Translations under genes and position numbers: made by a program
DNA from: Octopus sinensis
Taxonomy: Eukaryota
Direction of reading: 5' to 3'
DNA: 64,000 nucleotides
Assembly (NCBI RefSeq): GCF_006345805.1
Contig: NC_043015.1
Span: 20,336,001 to 20,400,000, forward strand
In this document: positions 54,896 through 64,000 of the stretch, one piece after another
Numbering within the stretch: the stretch's first letter is position 1
How the letters are laid out: each line of letters starts with the position of its first letter
Notes under the pieces: model-generated
What the model saw: only the letters and a program-made list of their open reading frames with translations
Databases searched by the model: none
Told to the model about the DNA's origin: nothing

Positions 54896-57267
54896 ATCAC
54901 TTAAAGTGACGTTTTATTTGATCAGCCTGGAGAGGACGGAAACCCAAGTTGACATTGGTGGCATTTGAACATGAAACATGAAGAGGCGTAAGCATTTTGT
55001 CAGACACTTTAACGATTGTGCCAACTTACAACTCTTAAATATAAAAAATATTGATGAAGCTTTATATGTAGATGAACATAAAACATCATCATGTGAGCAT
55101 CGGCTCAAACAACAACAACAAAAAATATATATATACAAGACAAAATAAAATTAAGAGAAAATATCTTGTTCCATTTAGTTATCTCCCTTTATGTATAATG
55201 CATTAAAATCCCGCTAGGGGATTAATTTTGCCATTCATCTTTTCGTGTGAGGGGAGCAGGTTGAAATGGGAGGTATTGGTTTAAAACCAGGAATCAATCG
55301 TCGATTATTGGAATCGATTAAATCGATTATATTCCTGCTTTCCTACAAAACATTTTGTTTTTAGCTTTGTGACGTTGTTATAAAAACAAAAAAACAAAAA
55401 ATCCCATTAAAATCGGACCTCTGTGATGACGTATCTTTTAAAACAGACGCCCGTATGCTCACTAAGGGATCGTCATAAAAGGAAGAAATATGAAATAAAT
55501 AAATGATAGTAATAATAATAATAACATAGGAACGTCATTAAAATCAGCATTGGTTCAATTCCCATGAGAGCACTAACCAATATGCTGCTGGAAGAAATCC
55601 ACTGGAAAAATGGTTTCGATGAAAACCGAAAACACAGACAATATACATTTCGTTTCTTTATAATTCTGCTTCTGTTTATACGTGTCTATATCTGCTTATA
55701 TGCATGTGTATATATGTATATACGCTGGCACACACACACACACACGTTTATGTAGGAGTGTGTATGTGTGCATCGTTGCATGTGTATGCGTCTCTGCGAG
55801 TGGCTTCTGTGTATGGTTGTGTTAGTGTTGCGCTTCTATTTATCTGTGCGTGGGTGTGCTAATGCGTGGGATTAAATATATGCACATGCTTGTGTATATG
55901 GACACATGTACGGGATCTGTATTTGTGTACGCGCGTGGGTTTATATGTATGTGAGTGGGAAACTGTACGTCTTTTTATATTCTTTATGCGAATATATGTG
56001 TATGTATTTATGTATGGCTTTATGTGTGTGTATATACACGGGCATATATCTATATGCGTCAGTGTTCGTGTATATATCTGGTCGTATTAATTGCCAATCT
56101 GTGTATACGTTTATACGTGTGTGTGTGTACATGTGTATTTTTTATGTGTATGTATGTGCGGTTAAGTGATTGTGTGAAGATGTGGGTATGTGCGTACGTA
56201 TCTCTTCCCGTATTTGTGTATGTGTGTATAGCTATATGCTAGCGTTTATGTATTTGTATGAGCGAAACTGTGTATGTGTGTATTGTGTATGTAAGACGGG
56301 CATTGTTTTTTCTCCATTCTTTGACTCTGACATTTACATCCCCTTCAACGCATCATCGGTCTGCTAGAAACAACAGCCATCTTTCCCTCAAGTTAAACCA
56401 TTCACTTTCGTATTGAACAATATAGCTTAAAGAAAATAAAGATCTCGATCAGAATTTCCAGCCATGAGTTTTCAGTTGTTTGATCTACGAAATAAAACTG
56501 CGCATTGAATCAACATGTCTATGGCTGAGTACTCCGCGAAGTGCGAGCATGACACAATGTGTGACAAGACTGGAACTTGGAATTATCAGTAAAATCCATC
56601 CATTTCATAGGCATCCGTACAGTTTCCATCGACTCAGTTTCATTCTGAAGTTGTGGATCGACGCGGAGTTATGGAGAATTTGCTCTTGTCCTCGATGCCA
56701 AAGAGTGGGACGTAACTTGGGGCCTTGTGATTGTGAGGCCAACTTCTCAAACATTCGGTCATGCTGCACCTATGACATAAGTTAGACACGCATGAAAAAG
56801 ACTTGATGGTCTTGACTTGAATATTTTTTGGTTTTTACGGCTCTGCTCAGTCAGAACTGACCTGGGGCTAAATAACAACAACAACAATAACAACAAAAAC
56901 ATCCCATCATTGATGAGATTGCGGCTCTTGAGTTCCCATTTCGTGTGTCACTCTGAAGTGCATTTCATTTCTAAACCATCCCACCTTTTCCATCCACCCT
57001 CACTTCCTACTGGCTTCATTCGATCAGTGAAACAATAAACTACTTTTCACAGAAAAGGTTTGTGTGTGTATGTGCGAAGTGTGTGTGTGTGCTTGTGTGT
57101 GTGTGTGTGGTGTTGTGAGCTAAAATCTCGAAATTTATAACTCTGAGTCTCATGTTCTTGATTATTAAGCAAAATCTGAAGAATGGAACTGGAAAATTTT
57201 AAAGTGAATATTCAGAAAATGGAAACACAATCACACACATACACACGCGAGCTGTTTTTTTTTTTTT

Positions 57268-57409
57268 ACTTGTTTCAGTCATTAGTTTGCGTCCATGCTG
57301 GGGCACCTCCTTGTAGCGAATCGACCCCAGGCCTTATTGTTTTGTAAAGCCTCGTACTTATTCTATCAGTCTCTTTTGCGGAACTGATTATCAAGCGGTG
57401 ATGGGGGAT

Positions 57410-57446
<37 letters not shown>

Positions 57447-57600
57447 CGCGCAACGGGCCGCTTTGTGCTTCTGCATACCAAATCCCCTCACAAGTCTTTA
57501 GTCAACCCGAGGCTTTGGTTTAAGATACTTGCCCAAGGCGTCACGTTGTGGTACGGAATCCTAAACCATGTGGTTAGGAACCAAACTGCTTACTACGTTG
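57268..57600 (-). mobile_element. SINE family A
   Basis: Reverse-complement tail, (CA)n and head. Confidence 0.7.
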
Positions 57601-57653
57601 GTTGAATGTAAGATTGAAGAAGTTTATAAATTCATACAATTTATATATATGTG

Positions 57654-57689
<36 letters not shown>

Positions 57690-57910
57690 TTGTATGTAAG
57701 TGTATGTATAAAATCAGAAAAATACATGATAGAAATAAAGATGGAGAGAGCAATATTACGAATGAGAAACTTGTACATAACCAAATACACACACACACGC
57801 ATACTTATATACACACAAATGAATAGCAAGGACACATATCTCAGACAATGAAAGTCGAAAGCTAGACTCGATAAAAGGTGAAAACCAATAGAAATGTCTG
57901 ATATACTTAC

Positions 57911-58081
57911 GGCTTTGTATATGACAGGTAAAGTAAGAATATTTGTTCCAACGGGGGCATTTTCAACCACAGCTGCTTCATAGAAGGATTTTGAAAATAT
58001 CAAAGACGTATCGTTTTGGGCAAGAACATCAACTTGTAGGAGAGCAATACAGAACCTTTCTTCGCTGTTTGCTTGAACACC
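57911..58081 (-). CDS. Internal coding exon of a cadherin-repeat protein (phase 0-0)
   Basis: Acceptor gttctgtttctaatttcAG and donor GCC|GTAAGT. The 171 nt (57 codons) are open: GVQANSEERFCIALLQVDVLAQNDTSLIFSKSFYEAAVVENAPVGTNILTLPVIYKA. This contains the cadherin repeat junction (V..ND..F....YEA.V.ENAPVGT.IL). The paralogue is not identified. Confidence 0.9.
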
Positions 58082-58384
58082 CTGAAATTAGAAACAGAAC
58101 GATTTTGATGACAAGAATCATTGGACGGTGGGGGTCTTCTTCAATTATCGCTAGAGATTCCTGTGTCAGGAGGGTCACATCACTATCATCAATGGCTCCT
58201 TTATTTCTATTTTTTATTTTATTTTTACTATTGTATACTGTTATGCTTCCTTTCTCACTTATTTTCTATAAATCTTTTATCTTATACTTGTTACTTGTTT
58301 CAGTCATTAGTCTGTGGCCATGCTGGAGCACCGCCTCGAGTATATATATGTATATTTCCTCTCATTTCATTATATGTAAGCCCC

Positions 58385-59400
58385 TATATTTGACGGGCGA
58401 AATACCGTTAAGCATTTCGTCCAGCGTGCTAACAATTCTGTCAGCGAGCCACCTTCAATAATAATAAAAATAACAATAATAATAATAATAAAAATAAAAA
58501 TTATAGTGGTTTCAAGTTTTGGCACAAGGCCAGCGCATTTAGGGATAGTGAGTAAATTGATTTCATTGATATCCAGTGCTCGACTGTTATGTGTTTTATC
58601 GACCTTGAACAAAAGAAAGAAAGGCAAAGTCGACGCGTCAACGAACTTTGAAATCCCTGTGTAAAGAGCCGGAAGAAATTCCGCCAAGCATTTTGTTCGA
58701 TGCACAAACGAGTTTGCCAGTTCGCCGTCTTATGCATGTAATAATAATTATATGAACAATAATAATAATTATTATTATTTCAAATTTTTGCCCAAGAGCA
58801 TCTGGGAAGAGGTGGGGATGAGTCGATTAATTCGACCCCAGTGTTCAACAGGTACTTATTTTATCGACCCCTAAAGAATAAAAGGCAAAGTCGACCTTGG
58901 CGGAATTTGAACTCAGAACGTAGCGACTGGCGAAATACCTATTTCTTTACTACCCACAAGGGACTAAACACAGAGAGGACAAACAAGGACAGACAAACGG
59001 ATTAAGTCGATTACATCGACCCCAGTGCGTAACTGGTACTTAATTTATCGACTCCGAAAGGATGAAAGGTAAAGTCGACCTCGGCGGAATTTGTACGTAA
59101 CGGCAGACGAAATACGGCTACGCATTTCGCCCGGCGTGCTTAACGTTTCTGCCAGCTCGCCGCCTTAACAATAATAATGATAATACTAATAATGGTTTCA
59201 AATTTTGGCACAAGGCCAGCAATATCAGCGGAGGGGTTAAGTTGATTACATCGAGCACAGCAGTTGACTGGTACTTATTTTATCAACTCAAAAAAGATGA
59301 AAAGCAAAGACGAACTTGGCGGAATTTGGACTCAGAACGTAAAGATAGACAAATGCCGTTAAACATTGTGCTTGGTGTGCTAACTATTCTCCCAGCTCAC
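58385..59400 (-). mobile_element. Four tandem SINE family B copies in (AAT)n
   Basis: Repeated heads (ctgccagctcgccgcc on plus) and cores, each separated by AAT runs. Confidence 0.75.
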
Positions 59401-59431
59401 CTAATGATAATAATAATGATAATAATAGTAA

Positions 59432-59935
59432 TAATGCCCTGATGCAATACTAAGTGGCTCTCATGGCCTCTCATCTTAACTGATTGGAAGTGTTTTCATG
59501 TACATTGTTTTGTCTTGGTATACCACAGCTTTGCTTGTCAGTTGTTTGACCTTAGTCATTTGAGCATGTCCCTTAGTGGCTGACGATATATACATCTCTG
59601 ATCACAAGCAGAAGTAGTTGGGGAGCATCATAGTCATCTGTTGAGAGGGCCTCTTTGGGGTCTGATTGATTCACCCCTGAAAGCATGGCTGTTTTTTCAT
59701 CATCCTTAAATAACTCTTATTCAGGGACCTTTTGAGCGGGATGGGCTATTAGATCTGAAAGAAATTCTAACTAAGGTCATGCACAGTTTGTCCTGATATG
59801 AAGTCATCATGTCGCGCACATATGGTCGTGATGCATGGGCCTGTTGTAACTTTATCAGTCGAGTAATCACGAGGGGTCTATTGGGCTTTGTAAGTTTGTA
59901 CCCCTGCGTCACCTTGATGACTTGTGTTGCTTTAT
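59432..59935. mobile_element. Second near-full copy of the (TAA)n-embedded element
   Basis: Reverse complement of 40864-41420 (aatgccctgatgc...gtcgcgcacatatgg), flanked by TAA repeats. Confidence 0.7.
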
Positions 59936-59938
59936 CAA

Positions 59939-59978
<40 letters not shown>

Positions 59979-59985
59979 TATTATT

Positions 59986-60042
<57 letters not shown>

Positions 60043-61342
60043 CTTCATCTTCATTACTAAAAGACCTGTTGATAATATACAATAAGTGTGAATTATATTT
60101 TCTATAGCTCAATGACAATTGAGTTTAACAATTAATAACTAATATAATTTAGCAATAACCGAATTACTGTGATAATATTTAAGAAAGCAGCCGAAGTAGT
60201 TATGGTATTATATACTAACTTAAATATTGAATTAAAGGAAAAATAGACAATATGGCTGTGAAGAAATGTGTTTTGTCTCATTCGTAGCTGCTTCAACTGA
60301 GATGATAAACATCTTTGTGTGTGTTGTGTAACTGTGTGTGTTTGTATTAAGTTTGCGTATTAAGTCTAGTAATTTATGTTATAATCACACCTGATGGTTT
60401 CTATTATATAAAACAGAAAAAAAACGGGGCTGTGACGTATAACACGACAGAAGAGTGTTAGGTGTTAGGTGAAGCCAAGAGATATTTCCCTTTAACTTTT
60501 GAGTTCAAACCATGCGAGGATTGACTTTGTGTTTCATGCCTCTGATATATTTTTTTCGCATTTCTATACTGGAGTCGTTAATACAAACAATTGAGATTGT
60601 TAATGCAAACACGACTTGTATCTTGAAAATGGTAATGGAAGTATCAGTTTTGTACTTGAGTAATCAACAAAGAACCAGTTGTTTAGTGCTGGTACCAGTC
60701 GTATATTACGGTCATTGTCACCAGTTATGTACTTGTTTCAATAAAAGCTACTCAAATTCTGAAACTTGTTCAGTAGTATTAAGTCTTTATCACCACGTTT
60801 AGGCTTCGAACCTCGACTTGGATCGTTTTTACTTTTATCCCTTCGAGGGTCGATGATACATACATATACACGTATTTTTAGCGTCTATGTAAGCTCAAAA
60901 GTATCGACCATCTCCACGAATCACACTCTGCCGTCTTAAAGAAAGGATCCATTGAATATTGAGGTTTCCAGTTCCTTGGAAACGGATAGGTGGGGGTGAG
61001 GGTGTAAGGACATGACGTGATCTTGAAGACCCAGGGTTAAATAGCATCAACAACGTATGTTAGATTGTTAGAGGACATGATTGTTAGAGGAGAAAGTGTG
61101 AGCTCTTGTCTAAAGGACCTCACGAGGGAAAGTTTCGTAATCGGCCAAAAGCCTATCTTGTTCCACGTCCCCAAACACCTTAGTAGCTCATTTTTGACGT
61201 TTTTAGGCAATCCTGAGCAGAACACTTTTTTTACTTTTGTCTCTTGGCAATACTGTCTACAAGGTGCGGAAAGAAAAACCTCCTACATTATATTTTACAG
61301 GCTGACATACTTTCAGTAGGAAATACAAAGTGAACCATATAT

Positions 61343-61705
61343 ATAACAAGAGCACTGAGAGAGCGCAAAATTCCGCCAAGGCAACACTAACGTTCTCTCA
61401 ACGTTTAATCGGAGATGATTTTTAAAATGAGAATATCTGAAATAAACTCGACTGCTCTCACAGACGAGAATAGTAAAAATGAACCAAAATTAAGCAAAAA
61501 AAAAAAAACAGGAAAAATAATCCAGGATCCTTGTCTGGGACCGAATCGATCCCTAGATCTAATCAGGTCGTGCCAGTCACGAGGCCAAACATCCCTGAAA
61601 GTTTCATCCGAATTCATCGGGTGGTTCTTGAGATATCTTGATTACGGATAAGCTAACAAACACGACTGAAAACAATACCTCGGCCTTAGCGAAGGCGGAG
61701 GTAAT
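61343..61705 (+). mobile_element. Helentron-associated non-autonomous element (HINE/DINE-1-like)
   Basis: 5' taacaagag...ttccgccaagg sub-terminal repeat. The 3' end aacaatacctcggcctt-agcg-aaggcggaggtaataa is a stem-loop complementary to it. Confidence 0.6.
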
Positions 61706-61797
61706 AACAAATTAAATAGTAAAACATGAGTAATCAAAAGACAATTTCCACCTGAATTTCTACACTAGCGTCACTCTAACGGCAGTGCGAGAGGTTG

Positions 61798-61977
<180 letters not shown>

Positions 61978-62778
61978 TGCTGCAGCCTGTATTTGCAAGC
62001 GGGTTGTGCCGGTCCTCAGTGTCAGTTTACAGTCATTTTTCTTAGTGTACTGAACTTAAAATTAAGTTTGCTTTATTATGATTCTTCATTTTAATTTATA
62101 TTACATTATAAATGTTTATCTTCGCACGAAATTTTCTGCCAGTTTTCCGCTTCACTGCTTTGAATGTCATGGCGGAAGTTGTGGTGTGAAAAGACTTACT
62201 TGTGTCACGGTCATTGTTTACACGCTTGGATGATTAACGACACTTTAAACCGCTAGACGATTAGTTAATCAAGCGAATTAAACATAATTAAATATAATTA
62301 ACAAGGAAAAACAAACATCGCCGTCATATTTCATTGATTTGGTTGATTAAAGGTGGAGTAATTAGACAGACGGTTTGCGTGAGTTATGGACTAACGTTGT
62401 TGTTGTTATTGCTGGGTTGGTGTTGCTTGGCGGGGTGAGAGACTGTGTTTATTAAGTTTATATATGGACATGTGTTTGTATGTATGTCTATATATGATAG
62501 TATAAAGATCTTCGAATAGTGGAATGTGTGAGTGAGAGAGAGAGAGAAATGTCTATTGTTTATTGTTTAGTGTTTTCATGTTTACGTACGAAATAATGTG
62601 ATGGCGCTGCGCATATATGTGAATCGTAGTTGGTGTGTCCGTAATAGAGGTGTTTGTATATGTATGTATGGGTATATGTATGTGTACACGTATGCAGACG
62701 TGTGTAGTTTTGTGTGTCCATTGTGATGTCAAAATATTTGAACAACCACTCTGTCAATCTACTTGTCTGACTCTCTTT

Positions 62779-62843
<65 letters not shown>

Positions 62844-63229
62844 TATTTTATATCTCGCGGATGCTCTGGTGTGCAACGTCGGTAATGCTCATGAGGTCCC
62901 AGTGGGGGTTTCGGTTCGTTCAATATCAGACCGTCACCCTCTCACCCAGATGACCCAGCTAGGGTTGATCACATGCCATCTTGCATGGAGCATCTGACGC
63001 GATGCAGTGCACTAAATGTTCTGGTTTTCTACGTTCAGACGGGAGCTGGCACGCATCTCAAGTTGCCGGCATGGCTGAAACCCACGTGATTTGGTTTTTA
63101 AGAAGTTCTAGCAGTGTATAAGAAGTGAAGATTTGGTTATTTTGGCAAAAATGAAGAGCGAAGAAGGTTAAGACAGAAAAATTGGAAGATTTTAAATTGA
63201 AGTCCTGCAGGCAATCAGTTGAATGTTTA

Positions 63230-63845
63230 ATTTATTCGAATTCTTTATATACACCGTTCCATTTAAATATCGACCAATAGATAAATATAAAAAAAGAGAC
63301 CAGAGTCCCTGGAAATTGGTGGTTGTTCTGTGTCAGGCATAAATTATATCGCTCGATAAGTTTGTATGGCATCGCAGAGGAATAAATCTGGGCGTTTGGG
63401 GGGCTGAGAGAAAGGAAGAACCGTTTTGAGACGTGGAAATTCACATCTGTCAGTTCGAAAAAGATTCTGTCTGGAATTGATTCCGTATCATCAGAAAAAT
63501 TATATCTGTGGTTGTTAGAAAGAGAGTCTCTAAGTACTCGTTTAATTTGCGAAAAATAGCAGTTAAATCTCCGTCATATATCCTCCTGCTGTTTTAAAAT
63601 TGGATGGATATAATATGCAATGCAGTTCCAGCTGTACAGATTAGCTCTGAGACACTAGTTTACCATTCTTCTTGACGGTATAGGAACTTCAGCTCTATAT
63701 TTAAGAGATTAGGAATTATGTACATTATTTACATTTGACGGATATTTGTCCTCATCTGGTTTGTTAACACAACGTTTCGGCTGATACACCCTCCAGCCTT
63801 CATCAGGTATCCTGGGTTCTCATTCCTGAGGTATTTTTCAATGTT

Positions 63846-63917
<72 letters not shown>

Positions 63918-64000
63918 TTGAGAAATACCATAGGAATGAGAACCCAGGTTCAAAATTTCCCCAAGACACCTAAAAAAGGCTGGAGGGTATATCAGCCGAA
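63230..64000. mobile_element. Penelope-like inverted terminal-repeat pair around (AAT)n, with possible ORF 5' remnant
   Basis: Arms 63715-63848 and 63912-64000 are reverse complements. The minus arm continues into a decayed frame (RRFNCYFSQIKRVLRDSLSNNHRYN...) whose identity is inferred from position only. Confidence 0.6.
63766..63811 (-). ncRNA. Minimal type-I hammerhead ribozyme motif (best-preserved copy)
   Basis: GATAC-CTGATGA-A-GGCTG(gagggtgtat)CAGCC-GAA-ACGT-T-GTGTT. The palindromic ACGT stem III is the form known to cleave as a dimer. Confidence 0.7.

Noticed and set aside
61037-61319. Overlapping ORFs on both strands and a strong minus-strand acceptor at ~61258
   Set aside because: No cadherin or other motif, no long open exon with a good donor, and stops in the frames following the acceptor.

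Overview
Eukaryotic, very repeat-rich genomic DNA. The microsatellite density and SINE families look like Octopus (cephalopod); this is an inference, not a database match. Most entries in the ORF track are microsatellite artefacts. One host gene is supported: a cadherin-repeat protein on the minus strand, with a clear 171-bp exon (57911-58081) and a probable 59-bp next exon (12032-12090). Together these imply a ~45.8-kb intron. The rest is transposon debris: CR1/L2-like and R4/Dong-like LINE fragments, three tRNA-derived SINE families, a deleted mariner, a full-length but dead Tc1-type element with DD36E spacing, MITEs, a Helitron 3' end, a Helentron-type HINE and several Penelope-like terminal repeats. 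The most notable pattern is about ten minimal type-I hammerhead-ribozyme-like motifs from about four Penelope-like families. They often occur as outward-facing inverted pairs, and five are sense to the cadherin pre-mRNA. Exon and TIR coordinates were counted by hand; other repeat boundaries are approximate (tens of bp).
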